Source: Schmidtea polychroa (lineage: Eukaryota). Taken from it: DNA of 64,000 nucleotides. Below the pieces are notes generated by a model. It did no database searches and had not been told where the DNA came from. It saw nothing but the letters and a program-made list of their open reading frames with translations. Below are positions 53,761 through 64,000 of the stretch, piece after piece (position 1 is the first letter of the stretch; every line of letters begins with the position of its first letter). A program made the translations under genes and the position numbers. The stretch lies in contig CM097886.1 of assembly GCA_044892525.1 (NCBI GenBank), forward strand, positions 134,664,001 to 134,728,000, in the 5' to 3' direction.

Positions 53761-54849
53761 AGCAAAACTTACAACAGCCAGATCACCAAAAATAAATGAA
53801 ATATTTTGGCCTTATTTTGTTATATATTCTTTATTCCTTTTGCTTTGAAAAAAAATTACATAACAATTTCAAGAACCCAAAAATTATTCCAAATTAATTT
53901 TAGAAACATTATTTATGGAGACTATTTAAATTAATTATTGTGATCATTTTTCATGAGATGGTTTAATAAAAATTATGGAGACTGTTTAAATAATATCCGA
54001 TTTTTAATTACTTTAATGCCATCATAAATTCTTAAAACAATATGTTTTTAAATAATTGGTTACAAAATTTGATGTATTTTAAATTCTAAATAAATTGCTT
54101 TTGGACAGGAAATAAAGATTAGTTAGCCATTTGCTACGAAAAAAAGTAGTTTATCAGTAGGAATTTTCAAGTATCAATTTAAGATTGTATTTATTAACAT
54201 TTAATACAATAGTTATGGATGACGTGCTATTACTATCTCAAGAAACTCACGTGAAACTGTTGTAACATGATTATTTATTTAGTTTTATCATATAATCGTG
54301 TTATGTTTGTATCAGGTCATCATATATTTAATGCGATTTTTCACTGTTTGAAAAATAAAAATTTTTTCAATAAATGATTCATTGATCATCTCGCTCATGT
54401 TGATAGTATTGCTAACAAGTTTTTAGTAATCATATAACAGAGATACATTTCATATTTAAATTGTAAGTACAAAAAATTAATTATGGAAGTGTTGAATAAG
54501 CTTTTAAGGCTTATTTTGGTTTGGAATACAATGCTACAACTTCGACAATTGAATACTATGTCAAATATAAAGTACAGGTGTAAGCCAGTGGCAGTGTTGA
54601 TTTTAGTGCTTTCGTTCTAAGAAGATGAACCAAGGTCAATTCGGGCTCAACAATTTTACAAAGAAAATGAACTTAATCCGAACTTGAAGAAATATCTCAA
54701 GAAATTCAAATAATTCATTTAGCAGTACATCGACATCTTCAATCTATTGTAAAAGTCTATAAACCTGGGTATGTAAATATGAATTTGCAATAATGAATGA
54801 AATTCTGTACTTATCTGTATAAAAGAGCTATTTTTAATCAATTTGTCAA

Positions 54850-55200
54850 ATGCAAAGAGAAGTGAATTTGAAAGCCAGGAAATCTATCCTAAAAATATGC
54901 TGTTTTGGTGGGATGTCGATGGAATCGTGGAGTATGAGCTACTTCCGGAAAACAAAACCATTACAGAGGAGGTGTATTGTGAACAGATCGCACGACTAAA
55001 ACGAATTATTGAGGAAAAATTACCTTATAATGACCAGTAGGAAGTGTGATACTCTAATACGATAATGTACGAATGTAAGCGGCAAGATAGAGGAACTTTG
55101 AATTGGAAATTCAGAATCATTCACTATATTCTTCAGACTTAGCACTATTAGATTACAATCTATTTTGAAGTCTCCAATATCATATTAAATGAAAAATGTT
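54850..55200 (+). mobile_element. mariner transposase fragment
   Basis: MLFWWDVDGIVEYELLPENKTIT..YCEQI; HSLYSSDLALLDYNLF. Confidence 0.82.
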
Positions 55201-57439
55201 AGATTAGACAAATCATGTCAAAAGTGAATTCGGTATTTCTTATGTTCAAAAGTAAAAGCTTTAATCGCCGGTGCTTTGAAAATTGAAATGGAAAAAAGCA
55301 GAGTATAGGATGGTGTCAAATATATTTTGGATTAATGACAATTAAGGATAAATTTGTTTCTGCATTAAAGTTTTAATAACACAGCAAATTTTATTTTCTC
55401 ATCAAATAAATAAAAATTAACTAATATCCAATTTGAACAATGCTAAAAAACACTTCAAAGACATTAAGAGCTAAATGATCAATTCGAAGTTTCTTATAAA
55501 AAGCAATGCACAAATATACAGAACTGTGAAAAAATGCGAAAGATGAGGTACACGCATATAACACACACACAAATACGATCTACCTCCATTCTTTTTTCAC
55601 ACATTACACCGGAGTCAAAGCGATTTCAATTTTTTAATATTATTTAATTATTGTTTTCTCTTTAGTTCAGAATTTATTTATCTATTTATCTGACTTACTC
55701 AAAATAGTGGGATGAGTGTCCATTAATTCACATCTACAGTCCTCCCCCGAATATGAAATTGAAATAATTTGTTGAATCTTTATAAAATGAATATCGATAC
55801 AATAATTTCAAGTAGAAAGAATTATGCAATCAACCAAAAACTTGACATTTTAAATGAAATTAAAACAGGAAAAAATTGCTGAGCAATATTTAAACTACGA
55901 GGAATTAACGAATCAGTATTGAGCAAAGTTTTAGAATGTATTAATGAAAAAGCTACTGGGACCAATTTGGAAATTTATTGTATCTACCATAAATCAGTGG
56001 GAAATTACAGTTTGCGCCTTAGACGAGGAACCATATGAAGTCTCAAGTTTTATTTATGAAACTGCTTCACCAGAATAAAATACGTACTTTGTTAAGCACA
56101 ATGAATATATTACGGTTTAAAATTATAAAAGTCATTTATAAATATTATTTTTACTCCAATTATTATTTATTTTACAGAATGAGAGGAAAGTTTTGAAATT
56201 TTTAATGTTAGTTTATTTTTATTTATATAGAACTAGTCGAGAGCCAGCTCGGGCCCCGATGCAATTCTTCAGTTTGCAATTACAATATTTGCAAGTGAAA
56301 TACAAGGGGAATTACAAGGCCCCTTTTGAAGCGGGTTCGCATCATTAAAAAGTGTAAAGATTATAAAGCCGTTAATTTTGTTTTATTGAAAACCGTTTTC
56401 AGAAACGGCAACTTGTAAATATCTGGCAAGATATTTTAGTAAAACTTAAAAGATGAAAATAAACATGAGTTTAAAAAAGTATTGTAAAAAAGTATTGTAA
56501 AAAAGTATTTATCTGAAATTGAAATTTTAAAGCCAAATATGATTATATCGCGGGCCCTGATGATTTGCATCGCCCTCTTATCGGGCCTGATAACTACTAG
56601 AAAGACTTATGCTAATATTCGAATAAGTTACGCATGTTATATTTGAGTGCATTTTATTTGAAAAAATATATAGTATTTCAAATTTTGAATATTTTCGATA
56701 AACTCGAATATAACACACGCGTATTATATTTGGGGGGGGGGGGTAGACTGTAGTAGTGGCTGAGTCCATTGTATGATTTTTGAAGAATTACACAACGATA
56801 TAAAACATTAGAATTCTAAGAAATAATTGTTATATTGTTATATATAAAATCCCGAATCATTAACCAATGAATAGTGGAGATAAACAATTACTGATTTCTA
56901 TGTCTAGCACTTATAGCCATATGTCCGAGAATACAAATTTAGTTAACATTTCAATTATTTATTCAAATATGAATTTTTCGGTTACACCATCAGTTAATAT
57001 TAAAATTTTGTAATATATCGATTCTAATTCTAAAAACATGAATTCAGGAAATCAGGAAATGAGATTTACCAATTCCATTAAATTGACTACACAGAAATAT
57101 AAAAAACTATTATTAGATTTTTTTTAATCTATTTAGTCAGTTGTGTCGGACTAGATTTATTTTTTCTAATTTATGATTGATAATTACTGAACTGAATTCC
57201 ATTTGAAATATGTCTCACTACCGGTGAATTTAGTTGTTCTTTAAGAAGATATTTATTGTTTTGATTGGTAGTTGAGACTGGATAATTAATTTCTTTATAC
57301 CGTTTATTATTTTGTCTAATAGCTTTTAAGCTAGTTCTTAATTATTTTCAAACTGGCAATAATTCTCGTTAATTGAATTTTTATTTATTTTGAATAATAA
57401 ATTATTTTTATTTTTTTTGTTTGATATTTGTAATTAATT

Positions 57440-57975
57440 TTCTATTTAATCATTGAGTATAAGCCATGGCATATCCTCCATGTCTCGTTCTCGTGGAATA
57501 AACGTAGGATTTACACTTATTTCCATTTTATATTTTATTTTAATAATAATTGTTTAATTCTCATAGAAATTTGAAATAAAGTTGATATGTGCATTTGAAC
57601 AGCAACACCCAGATACATTGTCGAACTACTTGATAAGGCTGTATTTCTATATAAATCTTTGCGTATATCATCAGTTAAGTCTTCCACCTAAATTAATTCC
57701 AGAAATAGCATGAGGTAACACATAACTTTCATAATATAGGATCAGTAGATTACAGAATGATACTCGCGAAACAACCGGAAGCGTACAAAAAAAGAACTTC
57801 TTGAATTGCAATATACATCATTGGAGCATTAAATGTCTCTAATATAATTTGAGTCATGGATTCTTTATCAGCTTTGGGAATAATGGTAAAAATTTCTCGA
57901 TCAGTTATTGAGATTGCATTGGCCGATACAAAAGATATTTAGAGCTAGTATCAATGTCAACACTAATGAATTCAT
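57440..57975 (-). pseudogene. actin pseudogene, intronless as far as visible, with large internal deletions
   Basis: [35 protein letters not shown] (actin [35 protein letters not shown]); YESYVLPHAI; DIRKDLYRNTALSSSSTMYLG ([21 protein letters not shown]); outer limits approximate. Confidence 0.8.
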
Positions 57976-58201
57976 ATCTATCCTTTCAGTTAAATCATTT
58001 CATGATGAAAACGAAAAAATCGAAACTTTATAAAATCTTAAATTTTAAAAATTCGCGAATACACCCCTTTTTTAAATAAAATTCCCTTAAATTTCCAAAA
58101 AATCAATTTAAAAAATCAAAATATCTTGCTTTGCGATTGTGTACGCAACCCAACAGGCTAATACAATCAATACTCAATGTTTACACAGACGCGATACATA
58201 A

Positions 58202-59798
58202 CACTGGTCTACAGCAAATTTGGTGTCTAAGTTTTTTCAGCTGATTTAGGACAATTTTTATGGGCTGAATCAAAAAATCACATTGATTTTGTTTAGTGAG
58301 GTCAATATTTTTATATTGCGCCACATGAACTTTTTACGTGTCTATGCTTGCCATTGATATAATATGCGTTTTTATCTCTAGATTCTAGTTGGTTCTTTTA
58401 TTTATTCAATTGTTGTTGCAGTGAAAAGATGGCTTCAGGTATAAGATCTTGTAAAAATAAACCTGATGTATTTTGTTACATTTGTGATGAATACACCCTT
58501 ATTGCCAACACGAACCCAGTCACCAGCTTTGTAAAACGTGTTTATTATTCATATTTCGTAATGAAGTTGGATGATCAAGATAAACTTTGAGCACCTCACA
58601 TGATGTGCAAGACCTGGATAGAACATCTTCGCAGTGGACCAAAGGAAGGAGTTCTTTGAAATTTGGAATCCCTATGGTTTGGAGGGAACCTTCGAACCAT
58701 GCAACTTACTGTTACTTCTGTGCCATTGATGTAACTGAAATAAACAAGAAAATTTGTTCATGACGATGATGCTCCACATTCGTCCTCTCAACATGAGTTT
58801 AATGACTTTGTTCGTGATCTTAGCTTATCAAAATCGAATACTAAGCCTCCTCTCTCAAAATGCTCGTATCACATTCTACAGGCATGAAGAGTATCTCCCG
58901 TTTTTTCCTAAAGATAATGATGCCTGGTGTACTGCACTGATATTGCACAGCTCCTGTATAAACTGGAAGTAACATAGTACAAAGCCGAAGAGTACAGACT
59001 ATTTATTGACAGCAGTAACTGTTCTATTGCATAGCGGCAACAAATTTACCTCTGTGTCCATAGCACACTCAACAACACGAGAGAAGTATGAGACGGTGAG
59101 GTTTATTCTGGAGAAAAATTATAGGCATGTGTAACTATTGAAAAGTTGAAAGCTGGGATTTTTTGACGGTCCTCAAATTAAACAGCTCATGAGTGATCCA
59201 GAGTTTGAGAGCTCAATGATATCAGTGGAGATTAAAGCGTTGAAGGCTTTATTGCAGGTTGTCAACAACAAGTCCAGGAATTATGAAGAACTTGTTACCA
59301 AGATTCTGGCTGCTTTTAGAAACATTGGATGCAATATGAGCATCAAAATGCCCTACCTGTTCTATTATTTGAGTTGGTTTCCTGAGAATCTTGGATCAAT
59401 GAGTGACGAACAGAGAGAGAGGTTTCATCATGACCTGAAAGAGATGGAAACAAGCTATAAGTGACTTTGGAGTGTAGTAATGATGACAGATTACTGCTGG
59501 AACTTGAAAAGAGATATCCCTGCTGCTAATTTTCAAAGAGTTCCAAGAAACTCAAGGTAAAGCCATGAATTTGTAACAATGATGCTGAAAAATATCAGTT
59601 TATGTAAATTTTTAATATAATATAAGTTCAGATGTCTGATTTCCGACTTTTTAATGATTTCTTTAAATTCGAGTTAGCTGAAAAACATGACCTAATACAG
59701 AAAAATGGATCATTCTTGGATTCAGCTTTGCCAAATTGCTATAAATCAATTGAAAAATCTTAGACACCAGAACAAAAAAAATTTTTTGTAGACCAGTG
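58202..59798 (+). mobile_element. Chapaev3 (CMC) DNA transposon, deleted and decayed
   Basis: TIRs CACTGGTCTACA, flanks TAA / TAG (TWA-type TSD, 2/3 match); CKNKPDVFCYIC..QDK..IPMVWREPSNH..CYFC; FDGPQIK; GCNMSIK..FPENLGSMSDEQRERFHHD..DYCW. Confidence 0.78.
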
Positions 59799-60179
59799 TA
59801 GTTAAACTCAGAATTAATGGTTATAAATAATTATATTATTTTATTTAATATTAATTATTTCAAATTGATGACAAAAATCAAAACTATAAAAAACTAAACA
59901 TTCAAAAAGTAATTAAAATATAATAAATATCAATTTTAACAATAGAAATTTGTTAATCATGACAAAGCTTTCAGATAAAAAAAATTTAAAAAATTATTTG
60001 CAAATTTTAATGACATTTTTTAAACGAGAACAGGCAGGAATCGGATATCATGTTCCTATATATAAATAATTTGATTTATTTATGTTTTCTCTAGACTATG
60101 GGATAATTTCAAGTGGTAAAATATCCAATTATTGTGATATAAAATTTGCTATTTATAAATATAAATGACAATTAATGAT

Positions 60180-63100
60180 AAAAACTGATAAAATTAAGTA
60201 TATATCTTTCTACCGATATTTTTCCGAATGATGCATATTTTGCAGCCTTTACACTACTCTTTTACGTCTTTTTCTATTGATGGCCAATAATATTTTAATT
60301 ATAATCTAGATAAGGTTTTCCTTGCAGATAAATGTCCTCCCAAGGCTCTGTCATAATATTGCATCAATAGTGCATCTTTATGTTTAGCCGGAATCATAAT
60401 TAATGCTTCATCATTTTTAAAGCATTTTTGTATTCCGCCGTGAGTTATATATTTAGTGTTTTCGTTTACTATTTGTTTCCAATTATTTTCCCTTTTAATC
60501 GTTGCTGCCTGCTCAAAAATTGCATTAATTGACTGTCACTTTTTTCATTCTGTAGTTCAACTATATCATTGGATGCATTAGATGCATTGAATATTGTACC
60601 TTCTAATGTCGCATTATTTTCCTATTTTCTTCAAGGGTATTCTTGTCATTGCATCGACTTTAGCGTTATGTTTTCCCACTCAATATTTTATTGCAAAATC
60701 GTATTCTTGGAGTGCAACTGACCATTGAATGAGTTTACTAGCCGAATCTCTGTGATTTATTAACCATTGAAGAGGATTGTGGTTCGTATACACAATAAAT
60801 TATCTACCCAACAAATATTGTCTAAATGTAATAATTCCATAAAATAGTGCCAAAGTTTCCTTTCATTTATTGAATATTTTTTTTGTGGTTTCAATGATCT
60901 CGCGTCTGATTTTACGTGATCTTTTTCACCTTATACTTTTTGGCTCAATACTGTCTCTAAGGCAACATTACAAGCATCAGTCATTAATATACAAGGTTTT
61001 GTAAAATCTGGACATCGCAATATAGGTGCTATTATTAATTTTTTCTTTAGTTCATCAAAAGAATCTTGCTGATTTTTGTTCAATGTAAACATTGTTTTCA
61101 ATAATGAATTTAACGTCTGAGCAATATGCGAAAAGTCCTTTATGAATTTTCTGTAGTAACTGGTCAAACCAAGAAATTATCTTACTTGGTCAACATTCTT
61201 TGGAATTGAAGATGCTTCAACTTTCTTAATATTTTACGGATTAGTTTGTAGGCCTCTTCGTGATAATATATGATCGACATACAGTAAATCTGATTTTTTC
61301 ATTCACACTTTGATCGCTTTATTTTTAATTTTGCACTCTTCAATCGCTTGAACACTTGTTGGGTTTTCAGTTAATTTAAGTCGGTAATTTCTGACTCCTC
61401 GTGTCCTTTAAATCAAAACAATAACTACCCAACGTATATTGGAATAACAAAATTTACAATCTTTTCTCAACACTTTACAATCAATAATCAAAGTTACGTT
61501 TGACCGATTCTCAGCACGGCGTTGATGCTTTGATAAAGATAATATTCACCTTTTATTTCTTTAGATTCTCTTGACCCACGTTTTCCTCTTTTTCTGTTTG
61601 ATTTGATTCTTTATCACCTTTCCGTATTCCTATTCTATATCTTCTTTTCCCTAATCTCCTTAATTCGTTTTTACCTCTCGACTATTCTCGATTCTTCTTA
61701 CCCTACCTGAGGCAAAATGCCGATTTGCTTTGATTTTCCCCTTCCTTATATACTCTTCGAAATCGGGATGACAAATGGTTATTGCCGAGCCATTCTTTCA
61801 CTTGACATTTGCTTCCACGTATCTGCTTCGGCTGTCACTCATAATGGTCCAACGAACAAAGATAGTTAATGGCCCGTCCGGCCTTTCTGCATGCACTATC
61901 TTCTCCTTGCTCTTTTCCAATTAATCATTGTGTCACGCTAATGGGCCAAAATCTTCCTTCTATTTACTTTTCTCTTTGTTTACCCAGTTCGGGTTTCCTT
62001 CATCTCTCGGGTTCTCCATTGGCTCGGGTTTCCCATTAGCTCGGGTTTTCTATTAGCCAATTAATTTATTAATTAACCTTTTCTTTTTTAACACATTTGA
62101 ATGCTTTTCTACCCTTTCTAACCATTTTCTAATAAATCCCTAATCATCACCTTGTTGACCATTAGCTAATCTATACCTGTCCCGTTTTCCCAATTCGATT
62201 TCGATGATTTTACAATTTATTGATTTTTCTCGGATTTCCCGATTCTTGCCTTTCATAACTGCTTTTGCCATTTCCTAATACTGCTTCCAACGTACTTTCC
62301 TTTACTATCGATTCTGTGCATGATCACGCTTTTATTTGTCTTTTTTCTTCACTTACTTTTTATTTAAATTATTAACCTAAATTTCATTTAAATTTATTTT
62401 AATTTACAGACCTCAACACACTGTTTCAACATCTTTAAGATGCTCCATAAAGTCGTTTGAAAATATAATTATGTTGACGATGTATAGTAACCTATGCTGA
62501 ATGTCTCTCAGTACAAAATTCATTTCTCTTTGAAATGTGGCTGGGGCTTCTGTTAAACCAAATGCTAAAATATTAAATACTTATAAATTTTAGCCATCTG
62601 AAAACGCTGTTTTCTTCTGTCTTCCTCTTTTATACCTTATTTAAATCAATAACAGTGAAATATTGAGCCTCCCCATCTGGTCAAACATTTCCTGTGGGTA
62701 TTGGGTACTTTCTATAATCAATTCAGAATCGTAATTCCCCGTCATTTTTCTTAACAATTACAATTAATGACGAAAATGATGATGAGCTATTTCGGATTAT
62801 CCCAAATTCTTTCATTGCATTCATTTGATCAATATCTGCTTAATCATTAAGCCTTAATGAATATGTATTATTCATTTTAATTGGAGTTTCATCCAACGTG
62901 ATTTCGTGCTTTAGAATGTTTAAATTATATTCATATTTCGCGAAAATATCTTGATATCTTCTCAATAGTTTGGTGAATTCATTTCGTTATATTTCTGTTA
63001 AAACTGTACTCACCACATTCGGTTCTTTGTAAATTTTAATATTTCTGGAAATTTTCTGGAAATTTTCTTTTCGGCTTCTACTGTCATTTGAGATAATTCT

Positions 63101-63240
63101 CCCAATCTTGATTTTGGTTCTAATCGAATTGGTTTATTACTGTGATTTGATATTCGCACTGGTAATAATTGATTTTCTACTTTGACTATTTCGTCACACA
63201 ATGGTATATCATAGTTTTCAAATAGTATTTGATTTGATTC
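60180..63240 (-). mobile_element. Gypsy pol relic (RT, RNase H, integrase Zn finger) split by a solo LTR
   Basis: FGLTEAPATFQR; FLGLTSYYRKFIKDFS; PDFTKPCILMTDAC; LQEYDFAIKY; GGHL..YYWP..C..C. Removing the LTR gives DVETV|FKRLKSAKLKIKRSKCE. Confidence 0.9.
61357..62418. mobile_element. solo LTR nested in Gypsy RT
   Basis: TGTTGGG...CCTCAACA, perfect TSD CACT, homologous to 4349-5096. Confidence 0.9.
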
Positions 63241-63326
63241 AAATATAAAATGATTATCTTCTTGACTAGTCGTATTTGCATAAAGTAGTAGGATGTGTCA
63301 CCTCCAGGACATGTCACATCCAGGAC

Positions 63327-63468
63327 AGGTCAAGGTCAAATTTTAAGGTCAAGGTCAAATTTTTTAAGGTCGAGGTCAAGTTTTTAAAAGTCAAGGTCAA
63401 TTTTTTAAGGTCATGGTCAAATTTTTTAAGGTCAAGGTCAAATTTTTTAAGGTCAAGGTCAATTTTTC
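63327..63468. repeat. 7 copies of an about 21-bp unit AAGGTCAAGGTCAAATTTTTT
   Basis: Counted directly; minor variants. Confidence 0.95.
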
Positions 63469-63667
63469 CCCCTCGAATACATCAATTCAAATTTAACAAG
63501 GTTAGTCACACAAATTGAATTCTGAAATCAAACAAATGCATTTAATAAAAGGGGCTGGTGCGGTAGTTTGTAAATTTGGTTTAGTTTGAATATTATTATT
63601 TGATACATAGTTTTATTATTTACAATATTCAAAGTATTAATAACAAAGGTAAAGAAATAAATGTTTA

Positions 63668-64000
63668 TTAAATGTATATAGTATGATACTCATTAATATA
63701 CATTGAACATGCTTTACATTTGCGAACATTTGAATCATGGCATTTAGAACATACAATTACATGTCCGCAAGGGAAAAACAAAACCGATACTTGATTTTCT
63801 TTACAAATGTAACAAGTTAAATACATTTTCCTACCATCATTGAGTTTTTTCCTTAGCTTATTTTCAATCAATTCGGATTTCGATATCCATTCATAAATCA
63901 ATCTACTACTATATCCTGGTTCCAGCCTTAAATCCATACAATTCCAAAAGCATTCATTCAATGAATCATTATCTACTATTGCTTTGTCTAAATGCATCAA
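63668..64000 (-). CDS. C-terminal IAP/Mdm2-type C3HC4 RING finger protein (5' part outside the window)
   Basis: CYIC..VLFFPCGHVIVCSKC..CKAC..IYI* with the RING at the extreme C-terminus; frame open to the window edge. Confidence 0.85.
   Translation of the reverse strand: MMHLDKAIVDNDSLNECFWNCMDLRLEPGYSSRLIYEWISKSELIENKLRKKLNDGRKMYLTCYICKENQVSVLFFPCGHVIVCSKCHDSNVRKCKACSMYINEYHTIYI

Larger units (their letters stand above)
63284..64000. mobile_element. probable terminus of a second Polinton/Maverick running out of the window
   Basis: Gypsy pol breaks off just before AGTAGTAG (Polinton-type terminal repeat), which is followed by a 16-bp duplication and a tandem array; the other end is not visible. 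Confidence 0.5.

Noticed and set aside
173-63518. Most remaining short ORFs in the supplied track
   Set aside because: They are antisense shadows of TE ORFs or F/I/L/K/N-rich chance ORFs typical of AT-rich DNA; no CRISPR array, rRNA or tRNA was recognised.
1-64000. Minus-strand bias of TE fragments suggesting a uni-strand piRNA cluster
   Set aside because: Several elements (Penelope, Polinton capsid module, Tc1, mariner, Chapaev3, MULE) are on plus, so the bias is weak; small-RNA data would be needed.

Overview
Very AT-rich eukaryotic (animal) genomic DNA that is essentially a nested transposon graveyard; the TE repertoire fits an AT-rich invertebrate such as a planarian or Hydra, but that is inference only. 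Elements recognised from motifs, TIRs and TSDs: BEL/Pao and Gypsy pol fragments, four solo LTRs (TG...CA, 4-bp TSDs), a Penelope-like element, a decayed Polinton/Maverick (integrase end, minor capsid, core protein, major capsid, adenain protease, pPolB), a probable second Polinton terminus next to an IAP-type RING ORF, a near-intact Sola1, two Merlin elements, hAT, piggyBac, Tigger, mariner/Tc1, Chapaev3 and MULE relics, and several MITEs. Host-like sequence is limited to the last coding exon of a class A (melatonin-receptor-like) GPCR and a deleted actin pseudogene. The most unusual item is at about 9.5-12.4 kb (minus strand): a Mag-like Gypsy gag zinc motif and protease are followed, not by RT/RNase H/integrase, but by a transmembrane ORF, a REX4/ISG20-like DEDDh exonuclease-fold ORF and an acidic ORF. 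The exonuclease ORF is hidden because a hAT MITE splits it; removing the MITE restores the frame. No database searches were run; all calls come from reading the sequence.
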